A stretch of 58,715 nucleotides of DNA, taken from the NCBI GenBank assembly GCA_051453625.1, contig JBOZIK010000001.1, positions 17,068,336 to 17,127,050 of the forward strand, in the 5' to 3' direction. Below the pieces are notes generated by a model, which had not been told where the DNA came from, did no database searches, and was given only the letters and a program-made list of their open reading frames with translations. Numbering within the stretch: position 1 is the first letter of the stretch; every line of letters starts with the position of its first letter. Shown here piece after piece: positions 1 through 12,689 of this stretch. The stretch comes from Welwitschia mirabilis. Its lineage: Eukaryota. A program made the position numbers and the translations under genes.

Positions 1-1185
1 ATAATGTAAAGTAGTAATGTAATAATGCAAAATATACATAGATATGACTCATTATTGATTTAGTAGGATTGATGAAGATCTTCTCCTCTAGATGTAAAAC
101 AAATGAAGCATAGGATTTGACCTTAAATGTGGAGACGATATATATGATAGATCCTCATGATTAGTAGTACAGATGCCAAGATACAATAATGAATATCACA
201 AGATTACAATACTCATTCCTTAGATCTAATAGATTAACACCATTAAAAATGGTTTTAAAGGATTCTATAGTCATCTATCTCTTAGCTATTTATATTGGAT
301 TTTAGAGTTTATTACATTTGAAATGCGATTTCAGTGGCTATAAATAGCTAGAAAACAACTAGCAAATTGCTATCTAATGGCTATATAATGGATACATAAT
401 GATTAGAAACAATTTGTTTCATTTTATTTGGTCGACCTCTCAAATTTCTAGTCAACACCATCTAGTGCCATGACTTATACATGTTTCCCGATTGAAAATT
501 TTAGTAACTCCAATTTCTTACAACTTCATGTTTGGTCAACTCCATTTAGGTTTAGTTGATCCTAGTTTAGTCGCTCATTAAAACATCTAATCACCTACTT
601 AACTTGATCAAATTCTTTTTAGTTTTTAGCATAAGGTCTCGTCGACTTCTTCAGGTGTCCGATCGATCCCACGATAATTGACTTAGAAGTATTAGCTACA
701 TAGTGCTCAAGTCCAGTTGATCCCATCATAGGTCCAGTCATCCTTTTAACAATTTATTCAAAAGTACTATTCCTTGGTTCACAAATCTGGTTGACCTCAT
801 AAGGTCTAGTCGATCCCTTATCATTCAGTCTAGGAATACTATTTATCATGTTCTTAAATCTGGTTAACCCCATGAATGTCTAATCAACCCCTTTCCATTT
901 AGTTTAGGGATAATGATTCTTAAGGTTATAGATTCGGTAATCCTTATCATAAATTAGATTGAGCCCTCTAGATGTAGTTCATTTTCTATCTGCTTCAGGT
1001 TTAGTCGACCCTTGAAAATCCAGTTAATCCCCTAAGAGGATAAAAGAACCGATAAATTTTACTTAGAAATTGATGGTTTTAGTTTCATATTTTGATCTAC
1101 AAGTAATTAATATTTTCTTCATAAGATACATAAAATTTTCTATACAGAAAATATTATTTTTCAATTAAAAAAACATAAGCTAACA
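1..1185 (-). repeat. Sirevirus 3' LTR (partial)
   Basis: Starts TGTTAG on the minus strand at 1185, directly after the PPT. Colinear with ~5840-7032, e.g. cagatgccaagatacaataatgaatatcacaagattaca occurs in both. Confidence 0.92.
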
Positions 1186-1200
1186 ATCTCCCCCTTTGAT
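1186..1200 (-). other. Polypurine tract (proximal)
   Basis: Minus strand reads ATCAAAGGGGGAGAT|TGTTAG, abutting the LTR; this is the Sirevirus-type PPT. Confidence 0.9.
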
Positions 1201-1710
1201 ATTGATGGCAAACAATACTTAGTTGTAATAAATTATGACTTTGGAAAAGCTTCCCCTTACAAAATGACTATTATAAATTAATACACTTTTTGAAACAAGT
1301 TAAAACATTTTGAAAAATCAAATTTTATGCTTGAAATGAAACAAATTTACTATGAACATTTAAAAGGTTAAGGGCATAACTTTTATGAAAATCATAATGT
1401 GATATCATAATGTGATCATGTAAACTATTTAATACTTTGATCAGATGTCACATATTAAAATTTATTTTCAGCATTAGCAGATTTTAAAATTTTTAAATTA
1501 AGCACTTATAATATTAATAGAGAAATATATTAAGCACATATAATTTACATAAGTATAAAAGGATTTAAGGTACTAATTAAAAATAATTTTGTACAAAATA
1601 GAAAAATGTATGTAAATCTAATTCAACATATCCAAACATTACAAAATAAAAGTACTCATAAAGAGCATATATCTGAAACCATATGAAAAACATTCAATAA
1701 TAAATAACTA

Positions 1711-1730
1711 ATTCTCCCCCTTTTGACATC
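1711..1730 (-). other. Second (upstream) polypurine tract
   Basis: Minus strand reads GATGTCAAAAGGGGGAGAAT, just downstream of the env-like stop. Multiple PPTs are a known Sirevirus feature. Confidence 0.8.
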
Positions 1731-1780
1731 AATGACAAAGGAAAGAACAAAAACCCAAAGTAAAACATAATCTAAAATTT

Positions 1781-2827
1781 CTAATTAGACTCCTCTTCTT
1801 ATTCTTCTTCTTCTTCTTTTTTCTTAGAGTCTTTTTTTGAATATTCTTCATCACCTCCTATGTGTGCTGAGATGGTGTCCTCTACTGAGGTATCAGCAAT
1901 ATCATAACCAGCTACTATGAGTGCTTCCTTCATGTATCTGCTATGAGAATCAATCTATCTCATATATGAAAGGGTTTCATTAGGAGAGGCTTTCTTTTAA
2001 GAGAGAAACTTTAAGGATTTCTTAAATGGGACAAAGATGTACATACAGGATAAGCTTACACACCTAATGGGCATCATAGTTTAGAGGTTTTCCAATTTTG
2101 GATGAAAGATAACACAAAAAAAGAAGTGGCACAAACTTGTGATAAGCATAGAGTAGGGTAATGTTATAGTCCTATGGTACTCCAACTATGAGACCATATT
2201 CTTCAGTATTATGGTAAGAGCATCAATAGAATGCTCAATCCCTACCAAATACATTAGCTAGGCTTTATAGCAGGAGGTCTAATCATGATGTCCAACTAAA
2301 GGTAAAACATTATAAGTGAAAATCAGGTAAAGAAAATGATATTTTAGTGTCAACAATGAACTAGAAAGGGTGTTCTTTCAAGAATGTACCTTATTACAGA
2401 TCTCCCTAGTAACAAAAGGATTGTCTTCCATAGTATCTTAAAGAGGCCAAAACTCTTTATAGTTAAGTCTAGGAAGATTGATTAGATTGAAAATTAGATT
2501 TACTGTTACTTGTAATTGCTTCCCCAAAATAAGGGTTTTGGAGTTATGATCATAAGAAGCACTACAATAAAATATGCAAGTAAGAAATGGATAGGCAAAG
2601 CTAGAAACATCTAAAAAGTAATCAAAATCCTAATTTTTGAGAATTTAAATGACTTCTCTGAGCTCTCTAAGCTCTGAGATGATTACAGAATGATTTTGGC
2701 ACACTGGTTTCTTCTCAAAATTCTCTGAGAACTTGTTAATGTCTTTCTTAGACATACCTTAGTAGAAAATAGCAGGATCCCTTAAAGGATCTCCTTTTAA
2801 TCTTCTTTTAGATAAGCTTTTATCCAT
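1781..2827 (-). pseudogene. env-like / extra ORF of Sirevirus, with in-frame stops
   Basis: Translation from the ATG at 2827: MDKSLSKRRLKGDPLRDPAIFY*GMSKKDINKFSENFEKKPV...FAYPFLTCIFYCS...KYHFLYLIFTYNVLPLVGHHD..., ending in an acidic tail ...EEESN*. It lies between pol and the PPTs, the canonical env-like slot. Confidence 0.75.
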
Positions 2828-3329
2828 TTTGAAGACTTTAGAAAAAAGAAAACTGAGAGAAAGATACTAAAACTGAGAGTAAAGCTCTAGATCTTGAAGA
2901 CAGAGCTTTAGATCTAAGAGATGGAGAAATCTAGAACTTAATAAGATTAATTTAGGATTCTATTTATTTTATAGACTATGTAAAATAAAGCATAAATGAA
3001 AAAAATAAATTGGGTCTAGTGATGGTACTTCTACATTTTAATCCATTAGGTCTGGTTAACTACTTGAGATTCTGGTTAATTTGTTTAGATGTGGATCTAT
3101 AGTACTAGAAGGAATCTAGGCTACTAGGCTTTTACATTAGTTGACTAATTACATCCAGTCAATCAAATCATAAATCTAGTTGACTACTCTACAATCAGTT
3201 AAAAGATGATGAGTTAACCCTTAGTTCATTTTTTTGATTAATAACTAAATTCCAGAAATGGGGTCTTACATCAGAGCTTTCCAAAGTATTTTTACATTTA
3301 TCAAAATTTAGGCCAATGTTTTCTTTTAG

Positions 3330-5350
3330 TATGTTATAGTTCGTATGTTTTAATTCATCGATTAAATAAGTATCTATTCTATATATATTATATACTCATT
3401 TTCTAATAAAGATTACAACATTTATTTTCTCATCTACAACCTTGCATTTTGATTTTACAAAGATTACTTTGTAACCTTTGTCACAAAATTGACTAATGCT
3501 TAATAAATTATGTTTTCAATCATTTATGTAAATCACATCATCAGTTTTAGATAACATACCTCCTTTAATGAATTTTATATGTTATATCTTTGCCTTTTCA
3601 TTATTTCTAAAGATTACTTATTCCGCATTAATACTCTTTACATGCTAAAAGTTTGATCTATATTCAGACATTTGTCTTGAGCATCCACTATCTAAATACC
3701 AACTCTTTGTACTCAATTCTCTGAGAGCTATCTATGTTAAAAAACTTTTACAATTATTAGCTATAACACACTTAGTATTATTAGACTTAAATGGTACACT
3801 TCTCTTACAATTAAATTTAAAGATTAAAGAATTTGCAGAATCTGAAAAAAGCATTGATTGTCTCATTTTACAAAAGATCTTTGAATGACCAAATTTATTA
3901 CAAAATTTATGTGAAAGTTTAAAAGCATACTTACTTTTCTAGTTTACCTATTCTTATGACTTTTGTAAATGAAAATCAATACCTGATCTATCTCTAGTAG
4001 GTGTCTGCACTGTAAGCATTTTTTTCAATTTATAAGAACCACTAAAAAATTTATCTACAAAAAAAGAAAGATATTTACCTAAGACATTATACTGGTATTG
4101 TTATATTTTATCATCTTATATTTTATTTGCATTATCTTCTTTTTCTTGGTGAGATTCTTTACTGCTCTATTTAAATTATTTATCTTCTTAGTTGTCTTTT
4201 CACATTCATCATATAACTCCTAACATATATTATCTAACTCACACTCTTCTTCATTGATCATGTACAAATCATCAGGCTCTAATGTACTAGGAACATCTTT
4301 GAGTGATGGCACAACAACCATGAAAGACAACCTTTTATCTCTATTTGATTCTTTATCTTAGTAGCTTTCAACATCATTATGATCATTATCCCATGTGATA
4401 ATGAAATAGGGATTATTTGATTTCCTATTATTTCTTCCTATGTTAGGGCACTCATTTACCATATGACCAAAACCTTTACATGAGTAGCATTGGATTTCTT
4501 TACCTTTTTCTTGCTTCTTTCTATGTTTTAGATGACTCCTTTTTGAATTTCTACTTGATTTTCCTTCCTTTTTCTTCTTATAAAGAAATTTTTCTGATCC
4601 TTCTGGCTAGAAGAACCAATTCATTATCGTTCAAGTTCTCATCTAATCTTTTAAATCTATAGTCTTCCTGCACACATTTTAAAGCAATACCTTTGTTATT
4701 CTCTTTAATAAATTTAAGCTCATATGTTTGCAAATTACTTTGAATTTTTTCTAGTGCCATTGCATTTATGTTTTTGCTCTTCTTGATGGATTTAAATTTT
4801 GGTTTGAATCTCTTAGGTAGGGATTTTAAAACTTTCTTTACCACCTTTCTTTATCCAAGCATTCTCCAAGGCTTGTCATAAAGTTCATGATATCAGTGAT
4901 TCTAGCAATAAATTCCTGCAAGGTTTATTATTTGTCTATATGGATGTCTTCAAAATTTTGAAATAAGCATCTGTAGTTTAGTTTATTTTATAATTGAGGT
5001 TCCTTGTGTGCTACTTCAAGAATGTCCCAAGCTTCTTTATCATACTTATAGTTTAATACATACTTAAATTCATCTATACAAACTACAGAAATTATGGCAT
5101 TAAGAGCACAAACATCTATTTGACTTTAGTATTTTTAGTGGAGGTTTATTAATCTTAGGCTTTAGGAACTAAGATGGTATTACAGTTGACATTGGTTTGA
5201 GTTAACATAGGCAAAGTGTAATCTTTATAGATAAATTCCTTTATGTCAGCATTTAAAGATCTATGAAATATTCTCATGCTAGCTTTTTAGTAAGCATAGT
5301 TTAACCCATCAAACATAGGTGGATGATCAGTGTAAAAACCATCAGATGAA
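3330..5350 (-). pseudogene. Copia gag + aspartic protease, degenerate
   Basis: N-terminal HPPMFDGLNYAY*K motif; ORF 4578-4844 (KVLKSLPKRFKPK) is UBN2-like; knuckle CYSCKGFGHMVNEC (~4447-4490); second decayed knuckle (~3868-3910); protease SWYLDSGCSRQM (~3667-3705); HNLLSISQFCDKGYKV. Confidence 0.9.
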
Positions 5351-5410
5351 TTACTCGTTTTAGGGTTCTAAAGTAAAGATTAGTTAAAGTCTAAAGAATA
5401 CTTAACTTAT

Positions 5411-5421
5411 CTCTGATATCA
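5411..5421 (-). other. Primer binding site (tRNA-Met type, decayed)
   Basis: Minus strand TGATATCAGAG versus canonical TGGTATCAGAG, adjacent to the LTR end. Confidence 0.85.
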
Positions 5422-5423
5422 AT

Positions 5424-7032
5424 TAATATGATCGAGAATCCTAAAGGAGGGTGATTGATAGGTTCTTAAAAATATAACACAGTATTCTAAATTGATATCC
5501 AATATTAAATAAAATCTTACACACAATAAATAACTAATCCAAAATGTACATGAAAATAAAAATTAATAGAAGTAAAGAAATACTAATTAAAAGCACAAAA
5601 GTATTAAAGGGAAGCATGCAAGATTTATAATGGTTTAGAAGATCCCCTACTTTACTATTGATGATCAACTTATCCCCAAGTTAGATCCAGATCTTTGTTA
5701 CTCCATCACATATTCTAGGTTCACCTATAACCTTTAAAAATGGGATTTTTTAGATTTATTCTTGACCTTTGAGTAGACTTTTCAAGGATTAGTCTCAACC
5801 TTTGAGTAAACTTTTTAAGTCTTAGTCTAAACCTTTCACAATACAAGTAGTAATGTAATGATGTCAAATATTCACAGATATCACTCATTCTTAATTTAAT
5901 AGAATTGATGGAGTTTTTCTCATGTAGATATAAATAAATGAAGCATAAGATTTAACCTTGGATATAGAAATGATATAGATGATAGATACTCCTAGTTAAA
6001 AATACAGATGCCAAGATACAATAATGAATATCACAAGATTACAGTGCTTGTTCTTTAAATCCAATAGATTAACACCATTGAAAATGGTTCCAAAGAATTC
6101 TATAGTCATTTATCTCTTAGCTATTTATATTGGAAGGCTTTTAGAATTTATTACATTTGAAATATACTTCCAATGGCTATAAATGGCTAGAAAATACTAG
6201 GAAATGACTAACTAATGGCTACATAATGAATACATAAGGACTAGAAAATTTTTGTTCCATTCTATTTGGTCGACTCCTTAAAATTACAATCGACCCCATC
6301 TGGAAAAGTGACTTACATAAGTCACATAATTGAAAATTTCATTCATCCTAATTTCTTATGGCTTTATGTCTAGTTAACCCCATTTGGATTTGGTTGACCC
6401 CAATCTAGTTGCCCACTAAAACATCTAGTTTCCTATTTAACCTAATAAAATTATTTTCAATTTTCAGCATTAGGTCTAGTCAACTCCTTCAGGTGTCCAG
6501 TTGAGCCCATGATGATTGGCTTAAGAGTATCAGCTGCAAAGTGCTTAGGTTTAGTTGATCCCATCATAGATCTAGTCAATCCCTTGACAATCAGTTTAGA
6601 AGTACTATTCCTTAGTTTATAGATCTGGTTAATCCCATAAAGGTCTAGTCGATCCCTTATCATTTAGTCCAGGGATATTATTTATTAGGTCCTTAAATCT
6701 AATTAACCACATAAAGGTCTGGTTGATCCCTTTCTATTCAATTTAAGAACACTGGTTCTTGAGGTTATAGAACCTTTTGATCCCATCATAAATCTGGTCA
6801 GTCCCTCTAAATGTAGTTCATTTTCTATCTTCTTTAGGTGTGATTGACTCTTAAAAATTTGGTCGATCCCTCAAGAGGATAAAAGAAGTGACAGGTTTCT
6901 AGTGCTTAGAAATTAATGGTTTCAGTTTCATATTTTGACCTGTAAGTAATTAACATCTTTTGCATAAGATACACAAAATGTGCTATACAAAAACCATTAT
7001 TTTAACATCAATTAATCAAACATAATCTAACA
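5424..7032 (-). repeat. Sirevirus 5' LTR (~1.6 kb)
   Basis: Starts TGTTAG at 7032 on the minus strand. Carries a decayed C-rich end motif (plus strand cctaaaggagggtga, ~5440-5454) next to the PBS. Homologous to 1-1185. Confidence 0.9.
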
Positions 7033-10000
7033 TTGAGAAATACAATTCTTCATTATGAGGGAAGTGCAACTACTACTAAAAGGATAAGGATCCACAAACA
7101 AAGCTATATTATGATCAACTAATCTTTTGGTAGAGTTTGTATAGTTATCATATCATACTACCAAATTCCCCTCTTGAAAAATTTACCATGATGTACTTGT
7201 GATAAGACATCATGACATATTTTAAGGAACATTAAACTTTTATTTTACTTCCTCTTTAATTATTTTCATTTTTTATTAATGCACTTATAATCCCATTTTA
7301 AAAGCATTGATTGATCCTTGGAGTGAAATAACAAAACACATGATATCAATAAGCATCTAATTAACATAATTAATTCTAAAATAAAGTAATTAAGGAGATT
7401 GATTTAGATATTTAAATGTTTAAAGATTGGTTAAATTTAATCTTTTTATTATAAGGGCAAAAGTAAGAGAATACTTAATTATGATAAGACATATAAAATT
7501 TAAACATGAATTAAGTAAAAATGATTAAGTAGCATCATAACTTAAATTAAGAAATGGAGCTAAGAGAAAATTTAGAAAATGGCAAAGGAAGAATCCTTCT
7601 CTTTTTATTCAAGGGGATCATCCAAGTTGATTATGTTTACTAAGTTTAAGATATAAGTACAATCATCAGGTAATGTATAAAAATTTTAAGTCTTTATTCA
7701 TTGAAGTTTTTAATATCTTTGGTTTGTAAATCAGAAAACTCAATAGAGCCATTATAAAAACCTTTTTATACAAGGTAAAAACCTAACCATTTATAGGTAC
7801 ACTTGTTATGCAAAAGATGAACTTGAGTGTTGTATAGTAGGACTAATTAGTTAAGTTAAAGTAATAGTACATAAAAAGTAAGAATCAAGAATAGAAACAC
7901 ATCAACATAAAATAAGAAGAAATACCAAAACAAGCTTAAAGAATCAGGGGAAAAAAGTATTACTCAAATTGTAAATCATATCCAATACTTTATTTAAAAG
8001 AAAATAAAATATTTTATCTATCTAAGGCTATGGTCTTAGGTATTGTACTTTTTGGAAAAATAAGAATCAAATCAAATAGAAACCAATTGATAAAACATAA
8101 AAGATCTACAATTATTTTTAACTAAAATAATTTGGATGCAAAACAAGTAAAAGGATAAAAACTTGAGAGCATAAATTTTATAATCTAAATAATAGATGAA
8201 GAAGTGATAAATTTCATTGAAAAAAATCTCTTATTAAATTGACATAAAGCATGATTATTATTACATAATTCATTAAGGAAATACTCAAATAATTGATACA
8301 AAAAAGTTTTGAAGGGTTTTGGAATGATTAAATTTTCGATGTTTCTTGATACTAAGAAGCTTCCTAACATCTAGCTCAAGACATGAATTTTCATCAAGAA
8401 GGTAAGGCTTTCCCCAATTTAAAATTTGAAGATATCCCAAATCATACTTTTAAAAATAGGTTTCATTAAAGGAATAAGTAAAGTGGACTTGGTAATAGAG
8501 AAAAGATGTTAATTTAAGTACTACATGCAAATACAAGTAAAATGGATGGAGAAACATGGGTAGATTCTTCAAGTTGGTTTTTTGTATTAGAAGGAATATG
8601 CTACCCTCCATTAAATTTGATTGAATCTTCATGGATCCTTCATTATTCTGCTTCTTCTCATTATTGTCTTCATCATTATTTTGTTGAATTTTTTTTACTT
8701 TACTTTTTTCATCATTATCTTTAGCTATATTTTTTACTGTTGTTGAGTATTATTTTCATTCTCTAATATGTTGGATTCATCAACAAGATCACAAAGAGAA
8801 ATATGCTCATCATCTTATTTTTTATCCTCATTTTTTTTATGACATTTATAAAAAGAAATGTAACCATTATCTTCATCATAGATTAAAGAGCTTTCAAATT
8901 ATTCATGAATTGATTTCTTTATTTCATCTTGATTTTCTAATAGTAAGTAAATGGAAATATAATCATCATCTAATAAATAGTCATCCTTATCTTTGTTGTT
9001 TAATAATTGAGTTTAATCATTACTACCTTCATTTTGACAACCTCCTAATGAATGGGATGTTGGAAATTAATCCAAAATAGTATTTTCTATTTTATAGCAA
9101 AAATCATTGCTACTTATTTCTAAGTTATTCTCATCCTTCTCAAGGTGGAATGTAGTAGTAAAAGTAAGATAGGTTTAAGAGTGTTGTATTGTAAAAAAAA
9201 CCTTGAGATAGTTTATTTTATAACATCATTTGTTAAAGGATCCCAATTAGATTTTTTAGATTTTCACTTTGATTTTTTTGCATTTTCTTTATCTATTCCT
9301 TTATTTCTTCCTTATAGGTTGGTAAAACAAAAAATATTTAGTATAATTGTAGTTGTATTTACAAAGTTTACAAGAATAGTAAAATGTTGATGGTTGAGGT
9401 TATTAATTTAACATCTTAATATCAACCAAGATCTTAAGATTTTGACCTAAATTACTAGGGCTAGGTTGCTTTTCATGTTGTACTTTCTTCATGTCTTTTA
9501 ACATTTGTCCTCTAGTTCTATTCTCTTTAATGATTAATTTAAGCCATGTTTGATCTATTTCTTTGGTGGTGGATTCTCTAAAATGTTGAAAATTCTCATT
9601 ATCATTCATATATGAAGGATGAAAAGAAGATGGAAAAAAATGAGGAGGTTAAAAAGAGAAAGGGTTCTAATTCCTAGTTTCAACATCATTTTTTGCTAAT
9701 CACCTTCTTTTTATAAATTTGTCTCATAATGTTCATTTATCATTATCCTCATACATTTTCAAATTTATCCTCTTTTTAGATAATATTTCTTGAAGGATTC
9801 TTTTATCACTAAATATAGAAATAAATTAGAAAAATAAAATAAGAAGAACTAATTAGGATGATAAGAAAGATAAGCACAATGTGTAGATCAATTTTACCAA
9901 CCAACTAAAAGCATAAGATAAATGATAATTTTGAGGATTAAGCTAAGTGCAAAAGAGTAGATCTAAAATAATCATCATCAAATTTACACACTAATAATAA

Positions 10001-10079
10001 CTTAAAAAAATTTAAGCAAAAATCTAAATGAACGTAAATGAAAAAATTTAATTAAGATCTAAACAAAACCAAGAAAGAA

Positions 10080-10870
10080 AAAACTAACAGTAATGGGAAA
10101 AAAAAACGTTATAGAAATTAAAAAGATGAAAACTTATAGAAATTAAAAACTTAAGAAATTAAGAAAATAAAAAGAAATTAAAAAGATAAAAACTTAAAAA
10201 CTTATAGAAATTAAAAAGATAAAATCTTTACAAAATTACAAAAATTAAATAGACAAAAACTTACAAAAATTAGAAAGATGAAAACTTAAAAAAAAAACTT
10301 ATAAACATAAAAAAGACAAAAACCTATAGAAATTAAAAAGAAAAAACTTACAAAAATTAAAAAGATAAAAACTTAAAAAAAAACTTATAGAAATTAAAAA
10401 GACAAAAAATTATATAAATTGAAAATCTGAAATTTATAGAAATTAAAAAAATGAACACTTAAAAAACTTATAGGAATTAAAAAGATAAAAACTTTTAAAA
10501 AATAAAATGCAAAAACTTATAGAAATGAAAAAGACAAAAACTTATAGAAATTAAAGAGATAAAAACTTATAAAAATTAAAAAGATAAATACTTATAAAAA
10601 TTAGAAAGATAAAAACTAAAAACTTATAGAAATTAAAATCTTACAGAAATTAAAAAGATAAAACTCATAGAAATTCAAACTTTAAAAACTTATAAAATTT
10701 GAAAATGAAAACTTATAGAAATTAAATAGACAAAAACTTGAAAACCTTATAGAAATTAAAAAGATAAAAGCTTATAAAAATCAAACCTTACAAAAATTTA
10801 AAAAACTTATAAAAGTTAAAAACTTACATTAATTAAAAACTTAATAGAAATGATCAGAAAAGAAAAGAAA
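10080..10870. repeat. Degenerate A-rich minisatellite, unit approx. AAAACTTATAGAAATTAAAAAGAT(A), ~24-26 bp
   Basis: Many recurring aacttatagaaattaaaaaga-like units are directly visible. Confidence 0.9.
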
Positions 10871-11062
10871 GAAAATATATAACTTAAACTAAGAAAAAGG
10901 AAGAAAAATCAATAGAAAATTGAAAAAACAATCCAAATTAAAAATGATAAAGTGAAAGTTAATCTTAAAAAAATTATATATACATACTACATAGGTAAAA
11001 AACTTGAAACCAAATTAGTTACCTATGAGATAAAATTAAACCTTTTAGCTTTCTTAAACTCC

Positions 11063-11080
11063 TTCACAACAATAATGTTA
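11063..11080 (-). other. Primer binding site (tRNA-Asp type, heavily decayed)
   Basis: Plus strand ttcacaacaataatgtta aligns without gaps to tccccggcaacggcgcca; all mismatches but one are C>T or G>A. Confidence 0.6.
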
Positions 11081-11092
11081 ATTTTTTAAAAA

Positions 11093-12164
11093 ATTATATG
11101 ATGAATCTTTAACCCTTGGTACCAATAAATATTTTAAAATAATGCATAGAAGAAAGCACTAGTATGTGGGGGTCAATCTATTTGTCATACTCTAGAGAGG
11201 GATTATAGAAGAAGAAATTAAAATATTACTTCAAATAAGAATGGAAAAGAATTTAAATCTAATTTAAAATGCAATGCAAGATGAATGTAAAATACAAAAT
11301 ATGCAATGTAACTAAATTCATATTCTAATCGGTCAATCAACTTGTTGTCATTCAAGTTGGCCATTATAAACTATATCAAGTTATAAATACTTGTTACTTA
11401 ACTAAACCAGCATAATATATAAGAAAGATAAAAAGAGATTTTAGAAAAAGAGCAATTTAACTAATATTTCATTAACTAAAAGTTTTTACACCTGGTTATA
11501 AATTAATATCTTCTAAATGAAGAAGACATAACCCAACATTAAGGAAAACCCTTCTCTATAAAGGTTACAAAGTAACAACTTCTCAATGACGAAGACACAA
11601 CCAACACTAAGAAAAGCCCTTCTCTACAATTCATAGGAAGGATTCCTTGCTTAATTGCTCTCCAAATGTTACAAAAACAATTGATACAAATGACATGTAA
11701 AAATGGAAAACCTAAGGTAAGTATTTAAAGTATTTGAGATGTTATTAAATCATCAAATATTCATAATAAATCAAAGGCTAGCATATCAATGGTTACATAA
11801 ATAATGGAGTTTGTTTTATGTTCTTCATGTCTTCTACATGTCTTCTTATCTTCTAGATAAAAAGGTGGATGACTATTGATTTTTCATCTTCTCATGTCTT
11901 CTTTTCTTCCATGTGCCTTCTTAGTGTGATGTCTTCTTGATGTCTTTCAGAATGTTTTCTTGATGTAACATCTTCTTTGTATAACATCTTCTTGGCATAT
12001 ATTTCTAAAAAGCTTCATAATTACTTTATTTTAATTCAAATTATTATTGTTTTTTTATCTTTGATCATTGTCATCAAAATCAGTCCATATAACCATTAAA
12101 CATGTAAAAAGGACATAAAAAATACTCTAAACATGATATTAAATTACTAGTTTGGTTCACAATA
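11093..12164 (-). repeat. 5' LTR of the Athila-like derivative
   Basis: Lies between the PBS and a terminus similar to 57961-57981. Contains TGTCTTCT repeats. Left boundary is approximate. Confidence 0.65.
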
Positions 12165-12689
12165 TTGAATACACTTGTTTAAATTCTCATTTATTTCATA
12201 ATGCATAAAATCTATCAATTACATAACATAAGGAAGAAAATGTCTATTCACAATATAATCTACCTATCACATTTACCAAGAATTTAAATTGTTAGATAAG
12301 ATGTAAAATATACCATTATATCCTCTTGAAAGTCTTAGTTTATTAGTTTTATCATTGGATTTTAATTTCTTACACAATGGATTTATCTAATTTTAAATGT
12401 TTGAATAGCCTTTCTTAAAAAACCCTTCTAACATAACTATTATCATTTTCATGATGAATTATAAAATTAAAACTAAATTTAATTTAGGATAACATCTCAT
12501 TTTAATAATGACTTTAAAGAAGAGTAATTCATAATTTAATTAAAATCTCAATATGCTTAACATCTAAGTAATTAAGGTTTACAAAATATGGGTTATGACA
12601 TCCTCCTATATTAAACTAATTCACTCCTAGAAATCAAGATACATATAGAGTTTAAGAACATCCAACTACATATTACAAAATTTAAAAAG

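Larger units (their letters stand above)
1..7032 (-). mobile_element. Ty1/copia Sirevirus (SIRE lineage) LTR retrotransposon, degenerate, internally deleted; 3' LTR runs off the left edge
   Basis: Homologous LTRs (1-1185 matches ~5840-7032), a Met-type PBS, two ATCAAAGGGGGAGA-type PPTs, gag with CCHC knuckles, a WYLDSGCS protease motif and an env-like ORF before the 3' LTR. Right flank is TTGAG (7033-7037). Confidence 0.92.
7033..12164 (-). mobile_element. Athila-like Ty3/gypsy derivative, apparently lacking pol (non-autonomous); interrupted at 7032 by the Sirevirus
   Basis: LTR ~11093-12164 whose terminus (ttggttcacaata) resembles the other Athila-like LTRs here; decayed Asp-type PBS; ~7050-7860 is homologous to the post-integrase region ~55420-56230. 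I saw no RT, RH or INT motifs. Confidence 0.7.

Noticed and set aside
10080-10870. Possible CRISPR-like array
   Set aside because: There are no unique spacers and no cas genes, and the context is eukaryotic retroelement; it is a degenerate tandem repeat.
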